A DNA stretch of 64,000 nucleotides, taken from the NCBI GenBank assembly GCA_026713545.1, contig JAPOOG010000077.1, positions 37,238 to 101,237 on the forward strand, read 5' to 3'. Under the pieces are notes generated by a model that did no database searches, was not told where the DNA came from, and worked only from the letters and a program-made list of their open reading frames with translations. Shown here piece after piece: positions 28,063 to 38,736 of this stretch; position 1 is the stretch's first letter, and each line of letters opens with the position of its first letter. Position numbers and translations under genes: made by a program. This stretch comes from Bryobacterales bacterium. Its GTDB lineage: Bacteria > Acidobacteriota > Terriglobia > Bryobacterales > UBA6623.

Positions 28063-29021
28063 CTGGCCTCCACCGGCGGCGGTTTTCTTTCGTCCGATAC
28101 CACCCTCGGACGCGCCACCAGGAGGGTGACTCCCAGCGCGATCAGGCTCACACCGACGCCCGCGACCGAATCCACGGCGAAGTGGTATCGGCCGTAGATC
28201 GTCGCCCAGAAAATACCCAGCGTCACCGCCGCGGCCGCATAAGGCGCCCAGCGGCCGCGCTTCATGATCAGAAATGCGCCGAAGACAACCGAGCAACTCG
28301 CTGATACGTGAGCGCTCGGGAAGACGCTGGTGTGAATCCCCGCGTCCTTCAGAATCCACCAGTTGAGCTGCCGGAACACCGTATCGATCCGCGGCATGTC
28401 ATCGAGCGGAAATACGGTTCGCGGCGGCTCCGAGGGAAAGTAGGGGAACAGCGCGTAGGAAAGCAGAGTCCCCAAGAGATAGATGAACAGGAACCGATCC
28501 GAAGCCTCGCGCCGGTAAAGATACGCATAGAGCATCAACATCACGAACGGCGCCAGCAGGTATACGAGCGTGTAGCAGATTTCCAGATACGCGGGCAACA
28601 CCGGCCCCAGCGCTTCGATCGCATCCCGCAAGCCCCAATCGTGAAGCAGCCATCGGTCCCATACGATCCACGCGCGCTCCAATTCATAGGTGTGTTCGTC
28701 GGGAGCGAACCATCCCATCTCGCGGTAGCACAGCGGCACAAGGAAAAACGGGGTCCAATCGCGAAAAATATTCAGCACCCGGCTCGCGCGGCCGCTGAAG
28801 CAGAACCCCAAGGTCAGATAGGCTGCGATGACAGCCGCGTTGACGACCAGGACCCGCGTTCTGACGTGAGGCGGAATATCGATGAACAGCGACACTCCAA
28901 CCACGTACAAGAAATAACCCACGAGAATCCATTCGGACTTTCGCAGGAACCGAACCGCGGGTTCGGGGGGTTTGGAATCCCTTCTCTCGAGCCAAGTAGA
29001 ACGCATCACGCCCACCGCCAA
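28023..29021 (-). CDS. PAP2-superfamily membrane phosphatase / phosphotransferase
   Basis: Multi-pass membrane protein with PAP2 C2/C3 motifs SVFPSAHVSAS and GRYHFAVDSVAG. The C-terminal ...SLHVSPPDDRSTR and the stop are encoded by the right arm of R1 copy 4. Confidence 0.75.
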   Translation of the reverse strand: MAVGVMRSTWLERRDSKPPEPAVRFLRKSEWILVGYFLYVVGVSLFIDIPPHVRTRVLVVNAAVIAAYLTLGFCFSGRASRVLNIFRDWTPFFLVPLCYREMGWFAPDEHTYELERAWIVWDRWLLHDWGLRDAIEALGPVLPAYLEICYTLVYLLAPFVMLMLYAYLYRREASDRFLFIYLLGTLLSYALFPYFPSEPPRTVFPLDDMPRIDTVFRQLNWWILKDAGIHTSVFPSAHVSASCSVVFGAFLIMKRGRWAPYAAAAVTLGIFWATIYGRYHFAVDSVAGVGVSLIALGVTLLVARPRVVSDERKPPPVEASLHVSPPDDRSTR

Positions 29022-29171
29022 GACATGCCTTTGGGACGACCCCGATCTGCGCTACGTTCCGGGCAAACTCATCCGGCGGGTTCCAGCAGCCGGACGGCGG
29101 GACTCTCCGGAATACATCGACGTCATTTACCGAACGCACCCCGCCGCGTCGTCATCGCTTGCCCAGATGTA

Positions 29172-29957
29172 TCAATCGAGCCGCAGGACTTTTCCGGCCC
29201 CGAGGGTCTCGAAGTTCGACCCATATGCTTCCGCAAAGAGCGCCTTGGCAAGATCTCCGGTGCAATGCCCCGGCATCAGGCGCTTCACTTGCAGTTCACG
29301 CAGCCGCCGGATTTGTGTTTGGATCTGACGCTCGTTCTGCCGAAACATGTGAAAACCGCCCAGCAGGAGCCGAACCGAGTCTGCGCCGCGCTGCCGCTGC
29401 ACTTTCTCGACGATCGTCACGATGCCCGGGTGGCTGCATCCGACGATAAGCACGATCCCTTGGGATGTCTCGATCGCCAGCGATTGCTCCGGCGGATCGC
29501 CTGCAATCATTCCGGTCGAATACGCCCTCGGGATCAACTCGTACGGCCGCGCCTCCCGTTGCACCTTCATGCCGATCGCCGCCGCCTCATCGAATGCCTT
29601 CTCGTAGAAGGCTTCCAGAAAATGAACGCTCATCCGCCTGTTCAGGGGATACAGCTCATACACGCCATTGCGATGATCCGGATGCTGATGAGAAATCATG
29701 GCCGTCTCGATGGATGACGGCTCGATCCCCATCCGTTCGAGGTTCGCGAGAAACAGCTCCGGTTTCGTCCCCGAATCGAACAGCGCCCGCCGGCCGCGGA
29801 ACGTCACGACGGAAGAGAAGCCCCAGTCGGCAGGGACGTCTTCTCGGACCGAGGTATTGTCGTAGATGACGCGGATCTCCAGCTCGGGTTCCGCGGCCGG
29901 CAGGGCGAGTACGCCCCACGCCAACACGAAAGCCGCCGCAAGACAGGGCGGTTTCAT
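29172..29957 (-). CDS. MBL-fold metallo-hydrolase (secreted)
   Basis: ISHQHPDHRNG (HxHxDH). Start moved to ATG 29957 (MKPPCLAAAFVLAWGVLALPAAEP signal peptide). GCSHPG further downstream. Confidence 0.8.
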   Translation of the reverse strand: MKPPCLAAAFVLAWGVLALPAAEPELEIRVIYDNTSVREDVPADWGFSSVVTFRGRRALFDSGTKPELFLANLERMGIEPSSIETAMISHQHPDHRNGVYELYPLNRRMSVHFLEAFYEKAFDEAAAIGMKVQREARPYELIPRAYSTGMIAGDPPEQSLAIETSQGIVLIVGCSHPGIVTIVEKVQRQRGADSVRLLLGGFHMFRQNERQIQTQIRRLRELQVKRLMPGHCTGDLAKALFAEAYGSNFETLGAGKVLRLD

Positions 29958-30122
29958 ACGCCAAGTCCGTTCGCTCGAAGAAAAAACTCTTCGAGAGCGG
30001 TCGGCGGATCGTGACGCCGGCGGACCGCTCGATCGCGAATGTCCGCCACGCGTCCCGCAACCGGCCGGTTCAGGACAAGTTCCTCGTGCGCCGATCAGCA
30101 TCTCCACTTCGGACACTTTACT

Positions 30123-30320
30123 TCAATCGCGAACGACGCGCGCTATCGGGCCCATCACGAAGTACAGGGATGCCAGCGAAAGCAACGGCAGAATGCCTGT
30201 GAGTACGAACACCCGTGTGAATGAATAGGCGCCCGCGATGGAGCCCACCGGTTTGGCGAACAGCACGCTGCCCGGTCCGGCTCCCATGCCCGAGAATCCC
30301 GACATCGACGTAGAGGGGTT
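30123..30320 (-). pseudogene. duplicated 3'-terminal fragment of the MFS transporter gene at 34021..35325
   Basis: Minus-strand translation ...MSGFSGMGAGPGSVLFAKPVGSIAGAYSFTRVFVLTGILPLLSLASLYFVMGPIARVVRD* compares with the MFS C-terminus ...VSGFSGMGAGLGSVLFTKMVGSIADTYSFTPVFILIGILPLLSLASLFFVMGPIARVVRD*. Nucleotide similarity is visible over about 190-200 nt (30118-30320 versus 34017-34215). No similarity upstream of that. Confidence 0.75.
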
Positions 30321-30707
30321 CGCCCGCATCCTTCTGCTTGAGGCCCTTGGCGCTTGGCGGCACGATCCAGGCTCGTTCGATGTCGCGCTACAAGGTCGCA
30401 ACGGCCCGTGGCCTACGTTCAAACTCCCGTTTCTCCTCCGGGTGCAGTTCGAGGATGGCGGCCGGCCGTGTACTGGTGTTCCCCCCTGGCGCTCAGTATG
30501 ACACGGGAAATATATTTTGATTTGACTCGCTTGAGATTCGGCGCCCCAGCAGTCCGTGGTGAAATCCCGCGTAGCACCGTGAACAGTGCTGCGCACGGCT
30601 GACAAGGCGCAACGAGGAAGCATATTGGACCTGTTCGACCGAGGAGCAACGCAGTTCAGCCGGGATGCATCGCCGCTTGAACGCAGCGGGGCTTTTGCCG
30701 CGGGCTG

Positions 30708-33700
30708 CTAGAACAGCAGGCGGAAGCCGACTTGCATCTGGAAGGGTGCTCCGGGGATGTTGCCCGTCAGATACTCGCCGTCCACGCCGCGGGTCTGGGC
30801 GAAGTTGGGGTTCGTCGGCAGTCCGCTCAGCCCGCACGCCAAGTCGCGCGAGCTGGCGCAGTAGTTGGCGACGGAGGAATCCCCCCGGTTCAGCGTGACA
30901 TTGTCGAGGTTGAGGAGGTTGAAGAACTCCAGCGAGACGAGCGCTTGCCGGGTCTCGCCGAGCGGGAAGCGCTTTTGGACGCGCAGGTTGATGTCGGCAA
31001 TCGGCTTGTCGCGGAATGCGTTTCTCGTGAACGGTACGCCGGGGGCGCTGTATGGGCGGTCGGCCCCGCCCCGGTCCTCGTTCGAATCCGTGCCCATGCG
31101 CGCGTCGAACGGGGCGCCCGACAGGATGTGCATCCCGGTCGAGACGTCGACGCCGCCGCGCAGCATGACCACGCTGTTCAGGTGGAACTGGTGCCTGCGG
31201 TCGAGCACGTTCGGGCCGTACTCCGCAATCAGGTCGTACGCGTTCTCATAGGCAACCCCGCCCGCCGACCGCTCGTTATCGTCGTTCGATTCGTTCTTCG
31301 ATAGCACATAGTAGGCGTTTAATTGCCCCCAGGAGCGTCGGACCTCCGAGCTGATCGTCAGCGCGCGGTAAAGCGCCGACGCGGTCGACTCGCGCACGGT
31401 GATGCTGTCGAGGGTCGAGACCGGACGCGCCGTTCCACTCCGCAGGCCGAAGAACGGGCGTTGCGCCGGATCGTCGGAGCGCACGGTCGGCAGCGGCACG
31501 TTGAGGTCGCGGTTACGTTCCAGGCGGACCGTGTCGACGACGAGCACGTCCGCGCCCAGCAACCAGTCGGGACGGATCTCGCGCTGCACCCCGCCACCGG
31601 CCTGTCTCGCCATCGGATTCCGGAAGTCCTCGTCCATCATGGTTACTCCGGCACCGGCGAACGGGTTGTTCTCGATCCCGAGCGCGGTCGCGATGGCCGA
31701 CATCTGGTCCGGGGTCAATGTCGGCAGGTTGTCGAGCGTCCGCTCGTTGAGGTCGATCCCGATAAGCCGCATCTGCTCGTACAGGGTGTCGTGCGGATTC
31801 TCCGGCGGAACACGGAACGGCAGGGCCATCGTGACGTCACCGGGCGGCAGCCGGAAGTTATTTACCGGGGCGGCCATCAGCAGCAGAGGGGTTCGTGCGT
31901 AGTAAATGCCCGTGAACCCGCGCACCACGGTTTTGGCGTCGCCAGTCGGATCCCACGCGAAGCCGGCCCGCGGCCCGAACTGAGCGCCGCTGCTCGGAAT
32001 GACCGTAGGGGCCACGGTACGGCCGATGGGGAAGGTGACGCCGCGCAGTTGGTCGAGCAGGATGTCGTTGCCGACGTCCGGGGTCGGGTTGAACTGTCCG
32101 TCCCAGCGCAGGCCGTAGTTGATCGTCAGGGTCGGGGCCACCCGCCACTCGTCCTGTACGAACAGGCCGGCCTCGTCGGTTGCGAACGACGCTTTCAGAT
32201 TGCCGATCTGCTGCCGGTAGATCAGCGACCGCGAGTCGAAGCGGTTCGGTATGGCACCGCCGACGCCGATGATGTCCAACGTCCGCTCGACGTCCGACCC
32301 AAAAACGAGATAGCCGCCGTTCTGGAAGAAGCCGAACATCTGGTCGATGAAGACGTGGTTGTAGTCGAATCCCGCCTTGAGGCTGTGGCCGCCGGCGAGC
32401 CACGTCACGTTGCCGCCCGCCTGCGCGCGCCAGTCATACTGCGTCGTAGGGCGGAAGCTGCGGGTCCCGAACTCGCCGAGCGACAGGTCGACGAGCGGCT
32501 TGAGAGCGTTCGCCAAACGCGGCCGGTCCTCGCGCGAATACTGCGCCCGCAGCTCGAATACCAAGTCGGAGGACGGCGCGCGCATGAACTGGCCGACCGT
32601 GGTCTGCGTGGAGTCCTCCTCAGTGCCGTTTGTCTCGAGCGAGCGGTGGGTGGTCGGGGTGATGGTGCCGCCGACGCCGTCGGAGTTGAGCGCCTTGTTG
32701 GTGCTGCCGTTGTAGCGGACGTTGAAGCGGTTCGCGTTCGACAGATTGAAATCGGCGCGCGCGAGCCACGCCCGGGAGTCGTTAGTCACTTCGAACGGCG
32801 TCTCGAAGCGCCGGAAGTGGTCGTATCCTTCGCGGCTGGCCGCCGTCGGTGTGAAGCCGTCGAGCCGCACGAAGCGCACCTCGCGCGGCGCCTTGAACTC
32901 TTGCTGTTCGTAAGCGGCGAAGAAGAATGCGCGGTCGCGCACGAGTGCGCCGCCCAGCGAGCCGCCGAACTGATGCTGGGTGGGGGCCGCGTTTTGCTGG
33001 AACGCGTTCTTGGCCGCGAGCTTCTCCGGCCGTAGCAGGTAGAAGACCGACCCGCTCGTGTCGTTCGCCCCCGACTTGGTTATGGCGTTGACGAGCCCGC
33101 CGGTCGAACGCCCGAACTCGGGCGAGTAGCCTGCCTTGACCACTCGAAACTCGCGGATCGCCTCCTGCGGGATCGTGAACGTGAACTGCGAGCGCTCCCC
33201 GCCGCGGATGCCGCCGAAGAACGGCTGGTTGTAGTCGACCCCGTCGATGCTGATGTTGCCGTTGATGCCGCGCTGTCCCGCTAGCGATATCTGGCCGCGC
33301 TGCGGTTCGACCTGCGCCGTGGGCGTCAGGGAGACGAAATCGTGGAACCGCCGGCCGTTGATCGGCAGGTTCGATATCGCTTGGCTGTCGAGCGTCACGT
33401 CGGACGTATCTGTGGTCGTTTCGACTACGGACGTTTGGGCGGTCACGGTGATCTCTTCGCTCACGCCTGCCGCCGCGAGCCTGAAGTTGATAGTCCTGCT
33501 GGCTCCCACGGTGAGCGTCACCTCGCCGAGCTCGACCGTGTCGAAGCCGGCAAGCCCGGCGCGCACGTCGTAGCGGCCGGGCGGCAAGAGCAGGATGTGG
33601 TAGCGGCCGGCGCCGTCGGAGACGCCGGATCGCACAAGGCCGTCGTCGAGGTTCACGATGGTCACGGTTGCGCCCGGAAGGACGCCGCCGGTCGTGTCTT

Positions 33701-33806
33701 CCAGCAGGCCGATGATCTCGGCGGTGGTCGCCCGGTTCTGGGCGAGCGCCGGAAGCGGGATCAACATGATGGAAATCAGGGTCAAGCACGCGCCCAAGTG
33801 AACCAT
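30708..33806 (-). CDS. TonB-dependent receptor with carboxypeptidase-regulatory-like N-terminal domain
   Basis: Signal peptide, then [51 protein letters not shown] (CarboxypepD_reg), a plug-like region ([13 protein letters not shown]...[14 protein letters not shown]), a long barrel, and the C-terminal ...[11 protein letters not shown]. Confidence 0.85.
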   Translation of the reverse strand: MVHLGACLTLISIMLIPLPALAQNRATTAEIIGLLEDTTGGVLPGATVTIVNLDDGLVRSGVSDGAGRYHILLLPPGRYDVRAGLAGFDTVELGEVTLTVGASRTINFRLAAAGVSEEITVTAQTSVVETTTDTSDVTLDSQAISNLPINGRRFHDFVSLTPTAQVEPQRGQISLAGQRGINGNISIDGVDYNQPFFGGIRGGERSQFTFTIPQEAIREFRVVKAGYSPEFGRSTGGLVNAITKSGANDTSGSVFYLLRPEKLAAKNAFQQNAAPTQHQFGGSLGGALVRDRAFFFAAYEQQEFKAPREVRFVRLDGFTPTAASREGYDHFRRFETPFEVTNDSRAWLARADFNLSNANRFNVRYNGSTNKALNSDGVGGTITPTTHRSLETNGTEEDSTQTTVGQFMRAPSSDLVFELRAQYSREDRPRLANALKPLVDLSLGEFGTRSFRPTTQYDWRAQAGGNVTWLAGGHSLKAGFDYNHVFIDQMFGFFQNGGYLVFGSDVERTLDIIGVGGAIPNRFDSRSLIYRQQIGNLKASFATDEAGLFVQDEWRVAPTLTINYGLRWDGQFNPTPDVGNDILLDQLRGVTFPIGRTVAPTVIPSSGAQFGPRAGFAWDPTGDAKTVVRGFTGIYYARTPLLLMAAPVNNFRLPPGDVTMALPFRVPPENPHDTLYEQMRLIGIDLNERTLDNLPTLTPDQMSAIATALGIENNPFAGAGVTMMDEDFRNPMARQAGGGVQREIRPDWLLGADVLVVDTVRLERNRDLNVPLPTVRSDDPAQRPFFGLRSGTARPVSTLDSITVRESTASALYRALTISSEVRRSWGQLNAYYVLSKNESNDDNERSAGGVAYENAYDLIAEYGPNVLDRRHQFHLNSVVMLRGGVDVSTGMHILSGAPFDARMGTDSNEDRGGADRPYSAPGVPFTRNAFRDKPIADINLRVQKRFPLGETRQALVSLEFFNLLNLDNVTLNRGDSSVANYCASSRDLACGLSGLPTNPNFAQTRGVDGEYLTGNIPGAPFQMQVGFRLLF

Positions 33807-34020
33807 CAGAATGATCCTGACTGTGATCTTGCAACAGGTTTTCCACTTGGCCCTGAACGAGAAACTGAGGCGGTCAAGAACACCGTTTCACGCAGGGAAG
33901 ACCGAGTGAACATCCATCAGAATACAATTTGACCTCGCTAAGCCGACCCGATCTTCTCCGGCGGGTCCTCGACGAGCGCCGCCTGAGAGGATCAACAACT
34001 CCTTGTCGGGCGCCTTGCAT

Positions 34021-35325
34021 TCAATCGCGCACGACTCGCGCTATCGGGCCCATCACGAAGAACAGGGATGCCAGCGAAAGCAGCGGCAGAATGCCGATGA
34101 GAATGAACACCGGCGTGAATGAATAGGTGTCCGCGATGGAGCCCACCATTTTGGTGAACAGCACGCTGCCCAGTCCGGCTCCCATGCCCGAGAATCCCGA
34201 TACCGACGCAACGAGCCGGGGGCTCACCAGGTCCGCCGGGAGAGTCAGCGTGTTGGTCGAATAGGCATAGAACGAAAGCAGCGCGATGCTCGACAGCAGC
34301 AGCGCCGTCACGTCCGACTCGACGAGCCCCACGCCAATGCTCGACATCATCATCAGGCCGGAAACGAGCATCACGGTTTTCCGAGCGCGGTTCACGCTCC
34401 AGCCGCGTTCGATCAGCCGCCCCGAGATCCCGCCGCCGAGGAAACTGGCGAAGATGGCCGGCAGAAAGACAATCCACAGATGGTCGCGGATGCCTTCCAT
34501 CTGATAGCCCCGTTCATCCACGAAATACTTCGGCAGCCAGGCCAGATAGAACCAGAGAATCGTGTCGGAAAAGAAGCGCACGAACGCGACGCCCCAGACT
34601 TGCCGGTAACGCAACACGCTTCGCCAGCCGGCCAGGACCCCTTGTTTCTGAGGGCTTTCCGGCTTCCGCGACTGCTCTTGACGGAGTTCGTCAAGCTCAT
34701 CCCTCCGCATGAGCCAGTGTTTCTCCGGAGAGCGATAGAACCACAGCCAGAGCGGCGCCCACAGAAAACCGGTGGCGCCGACGATCACGAACATCCAACG
34801 CCAGTCCGTCCAGAGGATCAACTGAGCGATGACGACCGGCGCGATCATGGCGCCGAGTCCCGATCCGCCCCCGGAGAAGTACGCGACGCCCAACCCTCGC
34901 TGGCGGGTCGGGAACCACTCCGAAATCGCTTTCACCGACGCGGGCCAGTTCCCGGCCTCACCCCAGCCCAACAGGAAGCGGAAGATGCTGAGGCTGACAA
35001 TCCCGCGAGCCGTCGAGCAAAGAATGCCCGACACCGACCAGAACAGCATGATGATCAGGAAACCCGCGCGTGTGCCCAGGACGTCCATGAAGCGGCCCGT
35101 CACGAGCTGGCCGATCATGTAGGCTGCGGTGAAAGCGATGTTGATGTTCGCTACGTCATCGTTCGACAGGCTGAATTCTTCAACGATCGCCGGCGTGGCG
35201 ACCGCGAACGTCTGCCGATCGAGGTAGTTGATCAGGGTCGCCAGGAAAAGCAGCGTGCAGATCCACCAGCGAAGGTTCTTCACGCCGCTCGATGACTGCT
35301 TGTCGGCCGGCACAGCGTCAGGCAT
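34021..35325 (-). CDS. MFS transporter (ACS / hexuronate-galactonate transporter-like)
   Basis: NLRWWICTLLFLATLINYLDRQTFAVATPAI, GRFMDVLGTR, and 12 predicted TM segments. Confidence 0.85.
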   Translation of the reverse strand: MPDAVPADKQSSSGVKNLRWWICTLLFLATLINYLDRQTFAVATPAIVEEFSLSNDDVANINIAFTAAYMIGQLVTGRFMDVLGTRAGFLIIMLFWSVSGILCSTARGIVSLSIFRFLLGWGEAGNWPASVKAISEWFPTRQRGLGVAYFSGGGSGLGAMIAPVVIAQLILWTDWRWMFVIVGATGFLWAPLWLWFYRSPEKHWLMRRDELDELRQEQSRKPESPQKQGVLAGWRSVLRYRQVWGVAFVRFFSDTILWFYLAWLPKYFVDERGYQMEGIRDHLWIVFLPAIFASFLGGGISGRLIERGWSVNRARKTVMLVSGLMMMSSIGVGLVESDVTALLLSSIALLSFYAYSTNTLTLPADLVSPRLVASVSGFSGMGAGLGSVLFTKMVGSIADTYSFTPVFILIGILPLLSLASLFFVMGPIARVVRD

Positions 35326-35453
35326 TGTAACGCATGGGCCGGCTCCCGGCGGCGGCCGACGCTACCGTGTGCTCAGAGAGGGACCGTGGTTGCGCAAGAA
35401 CGCCCGCATCGATGACCGGCAGGGAGAACCTGCCCTTTGCGGCCGCTCCTGGG

Positions 35454-35612
35454 CCTGCATTTCTCACCACGAGGCGAGGCGAAGTGCGTGAGAGGGCCGT
35501 CAGGACGAGCCGCTAGCCACTTGGCCCCAGCAACATGGCCTTTACCGGTTCTCCACACGAATCACGGCCTTTTTCTCGCGTGCTTCGGCTGTCAGGCGGT
35601 GAGCAACGAAGG
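35454..35612 (+). repeat. R1 element, copy 5 (type b, degenerate right terminus)
   Basis: CCTGCATTTCTCACCACGAGGCGAGGCGAAGTGCGTGAGAGGGCCGTCAGGACGAGCCGC ... CACACGAATCACGGCCTTTTTCTCGCGTGCTTCGGCTGTCAGGCGGTGAGCAACGAAGG. Confidence 0.8.
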
Positions 35613-35678
35613 CCATCAGGAAGGCTCGGTTTCTCCGGTGAAGTCCCTGCTGAAACCTCTGTGTTACAGTGGGAACTC

Positions 35679-35885
35679 ATGGCGATCCCGAACGCAAAAC
35701 GATATCGGATCAAGAACCCGAACGGGACCGACTACGCCACCGTCGTCGCCGTGCTCCCCAAGAACGCCGATGTCAAGGCCTATCTGAAAGACGCCGCCAA
35801 CCGCTTCGATTGGAAGGCGTTGCAAGAGACGAGAACCGCACAGAGCAAGATCCGCATCGGTCAGCAAAAGCAGCGCAAGCGCTAG
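35679..35885 (+). CDS. small hypothetical protein (68 aa)
   Basis: MAIPNAKRYRIKNPNGTDYATVVAVLPKNADVKAYLKDAANRFDWKALQETRTAQSKIRIGQQKQRKR. Third codon positions are strongly GC-rich, as in the neighbouring genes. The longer track ORF (35535) begins inside R1 copy 5. No family recognised. Confidence 0.4.
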   Translation: MAIPNAKRYRIKNPNGTDYATVVAVLPKNADVKAYLKDAANRFDWKALQETRTAQSKIRIGQQKQRKR

Positions 35886-35909
35886 CCGCTCCACCCCCGA
35901 ACAGCGGCT

Positions 35910-37217
35910 TCAGAACCGCGCCTGCAGGTTCTTGAGTGCGAGCATGGCTTCTTGCGCCACGCCGTCATCCGGATCATGGATAAGCTTCTCGAGGTGCGGC
36001 ATGCTCTCCTTGTTTCCGTTGATGGCGACAATGTAGGCGATGTGTTTCTTCTGATCGTTGGAGCCCGTGGTGAGCGGTTTGTAGAGCTGCTGCAGGATCT
36101 CCGCGTCGCGTGACAACTCGATCAGGAAGGGCCTCGCTTCAAGTCGGTGAAAACTCGAGTTCAGCCCGTCGAAGAGATACGTCAGGAAACTCATATCGCC
36201 CAGGTCTACCGCGGCGAAGGCCATCGACAAACGCGCCGACTCGCTCTTTTCCCTGGCGAAGGCATCGAGTATCATCGGCAGGTCGTCCCGATTACCCAGC
36301 CTTCCGAGGCCTTCAGCGGCGGCCGCGCGGAGCTGCCGATCCTTGTCCCGCAGGTAGGTGTGAAACAGCGTACGTTGTTGCGGGTCTCTTATCTTCGCAA
36401 TGGCGATCAGGGCCTCTCTGCGGATTCTCTTCCTGGGACTTCTGTTGAGCAGGTTGACCAGCTCCGGCGTCGCTTCCTGCACCCGCAGTTGACCCACCGT
36501 GCGCGCCGTTTCGTACTGCACGTCCTCGTCGGGGTCACGGACCAGAAAGACCAGTTCGGGACCCACCTGCGTATCGCCGATCTTACGGATCGATCGAATG
36601 CACTCGACAATGATGATCTGGTCCTTGGCCCGCAAGCCTTCGACGAGTTGAGACATGCCCTGCTTGCCTCGCAGCACGCCAAGGGCCCGCGCCGCGTTTG
36701 CTCGCGACTCGATGCTTGTGCCGCCGGAAATCAGCCGGCCGATGGCTCGAACGACATCCGCCGACACCTGGCTCTGAACATAGGCTTCGACGACCTTCGG
36801 CTCCGGCTCCGTGAAGCGCCCCTTGATATCGGATCCGAACGACTTCAGCGAGGCGCTCCAGCCGCTCTTCACGTACCCCGGATAGTAGAAGTTGACCAGC
36901 CCGTCCACCGCCATCGCCTGGATCGCGGGCATGGCGTCTCGGGTCGCCCGCATCAGGGGTTCGAGACTATCTTGGGTGTCGAGACGCAAGATCGCCCCGA
37001 CCGCCTCGGCCCGCACTTCCGTGACCGGGTCGTCGAGCAACTCGGCAAGGGCGGGGATGTCCTGCGATGTCCCTTCCTTGCCTGCCTTTTTCGCAGCCTC
37101 CGCGCGTCGTTTCGGATCGGAGTCGTTCAACAACGCAACCTGTGCGGAAAGGGCGAGCGTAACGAATGGGATCAGGACGAGGGGGGCGCGGCGGTGGAAC
37201 AACCCGGGTCGCATCAT
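35910..37217 (-). CDS. HEAT-repeat (PBS-lyase-type) protein, secreted
   Basis: Repeated D-P-x-x-x-V-R-x-x-A-x-x-A-L-G motifs (DDPVTEVRAEAVGAILRL, DPDEDVQYETARTVGQL, DKDRQLRAAAAEGLGRL, DPDDGVAQEAMLALKNL). Confidence 0.75.
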   Translation of the reverse strand: MMRPGLFHRRAPLVLIPFVTLALSAQVALLNDSDPKRRAEAAKKAGKEGTSQDIPALAELLDDPVTEVRAEAVGAILRLDTQDSLEPLMRATRDAMPAIQAMAVDGLVNFYYPGYVKSGWSASLKSFGSDIKGRFTEPEPKVVEAYVQSQVSADVVRAIGRLISGGTSIESRANAARALGVLRGKQGMSQLVEGLRAKDQIIIVECIRSIRKIGDTQVGPELVFLVRDPDEDVQYETARTVGQLRVQEATPELVNLLNRSPRKRIRREALIAIAKIRDPQQRTLFHTYLRDKDRQLRAAAAEGLGRLGNRDDLPMILDAFAREKSESARLSMAFAAVDLGDMSFLTYLFDGLNSSFHRLEARPFLIELSRDAEILQQLYKPLTTGSNDQKKHIAYIVAINGNKESMPHLEKLIHDPDDGVAQEAMLALKNLQARF

Positions 37218-37284
37218 GAGCCGGAATCCTCCTGCTTCGCGGGATCTGGTGAATCAGACCCCGCTGTCGAATTCACTCGTCTCT

Positions 37285-38127
37285 TTATTGTACGTACTCG
37301 AGTTCCACCTTCTTCGACACCAAGCCGGCTTCGTAACCCATCGCAAGCAGTTTCCGCGCCGCTTCCAGGACTTCGGGCTCCATATCGGTCGTGTGGTGGT
37401 TTACGTACATTCCCACGAAAGAGTCCGCTGTGGCTCCGTCGAGCCCCCGGGAGAACTCCATGGCGTAGTTCAAGGCCTCTTCGCGGTGCTCCAAGGCGTA
37501 ATGAATACTCGCGCGCAGGCAGGCGACGCATTCCGTCTGGATTTCCGGAGACAGACTGCGGAGGATGGCGTTGGCGCCAAGCGGCAACGGCAGACCGTGT
37601 TGTTCCTTCCACCACGCGCCCAAATCCACAACCCGTTGGAGCCCGCTCCGGACGTACATCAACTGCCCCTCGTGGATGATGAGCCCCGCGTCTACGTCTC
37701 CCTCATGAACACGGTCGAGGATTTGATCGAAGGGGACGACGACGGGCTCGAAATGCGGCTCCAGGAGCCGCAGGGTCAGGTAGGCGGTGGTCTGAAGTCC
37801 GGGAACAGCGATGGTCTTACCCTTGATCTCCGCGATGGACAGCGCTCGCTTGGCGACGACGAGAGGCCCGTAGCCGTCCCCCACGCTCGACCCGGGGGAC
37901 GTCAGGACGTACTTGTCCGCGACGTACGGATAGGCGTGATAGGAGATGGCGGTCATTTCGTAGCGGCCTTGCTTCGCCGCGTCGTTCAGTGTCTGGATGT
38001 CGCTGAGTTGATGCTCGAATCGAACCGACGGGGACCGGACTTTTCCGGTTACCATCCCGTAGAACATGAAGGCGTCATCCGCATCGGGGCTGTGCGCCAC
38101 CGTAACTGTCGTCAGGGGGGAGTGCAT
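37285..38127 (-). CDS. MqnA/MqnD-family (futalosine-pathway menaquinone biosynthesis / SBP-fold) protein
   Basis: VAHSPDADDAFMFYGMVTGKV parallels the GxSPCPNDTFxFxAL block of MqnA/MqnD. About 280 aa. Confidence 0.7.
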   Translation of the reverse strand: MHSPLTTVTVAHSPDADDAFMFYGMVTGKVRSPSVRFEHQLSDIQTLNDAAKQGRYEMTAISYHAYPYVADKYVLTSPGSSVGDGYGPLVVAKRALSIAEIKGKTIAVPGLQTTAYLTLRLLEPHFEPVVVPFDQILDRVHEGDVDAGLIIHEGQLMYVRSGLQRVVDLGAWWKEQHGLPLPLGANAILRSLSPEIQTECVACLRASIHYALEHREEALNYAMEFSRGLDGATADSFVGMYVNHHTTDMEPEVLEAARKLLAMGYEAGLVSKKVELEYVQ

Positions 38128-38307
38128 GTCGTTGTCCGGAAAGCCGAGGCTGCCAAGCGGCTTCCACCATCGCTAGAATCAATGAAGAGGAGAGGTCTGC
38201 GGTTGCGGACCCGGCGGCCCGCGGAAATCGGGCGCTTCTGCTACTGTAGCAGACCCATCACGAACATCCCTAAGCCCGCTCGCGGATTCTTCAGAGACGC
38301 TTGATCC

Positions 38308-38736
38308 ATGCCCGAAAACACGGCCCCCCAGGTGATCGCAGGCGTATCCGACCTTCTATTCACCTCAAAGATTTCCGAAACAGCCCGTCTCCTCCGTATT
38401 TCGGTCGGCTTCGCCGGCTCGCAGGAGGCGCTTTTTCGGAAAGCTTCACAGGTGCCCCGGCTGATCATTCTGGACTTGAATCTCAAGCCCCTCGACCCGC
38501 TGGCGCTCATCCGCGATCTGAAGGGGAACCCTGACCTGGCGGAGGTCCCGATCACCGCCTTCGTGAACCACGAATGCGCCGACCTGATCGAAGCAGCCCG
38601 GCAGGCCGGCTGCGACGCGGTCCTCACCCGCGGCGCTTTCTCGAGCGGCCTTCCGAAAATTCTCGGCGGCGTTGCCGGCCAGCCCCAAGGCAAGCCGCAC
38701 CCGCCAGGCTCGAAGTCGGACCGGCCCTCACGGTGA
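38308..38736 (+). CDS. receiver-domain-like protein (atypical single-domain response regulator)
   Basis: PRLIILDLNLKPLDPLALIRDLKGNPDLAEVPITAFVNH...AGCDAVLTRG has the beta3-Asp, beta4-Thr layout of CheY-like receivers. The N-terminal acidic pair and the conserved Lys look replaced. Confidence 0.55.
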   Translation: MPENTAPQVIAGVSDLLFTSKISETARLLRISVGFAGSQEALFRKASQVPRLIILDLNLKPLDPLALIRDLKGNPDLAEVPITAFVNHECADLIEAARQAGCDAVLTRGAFSSGLPKILGGVAGQPQGKPHPPGSKSDRPSR

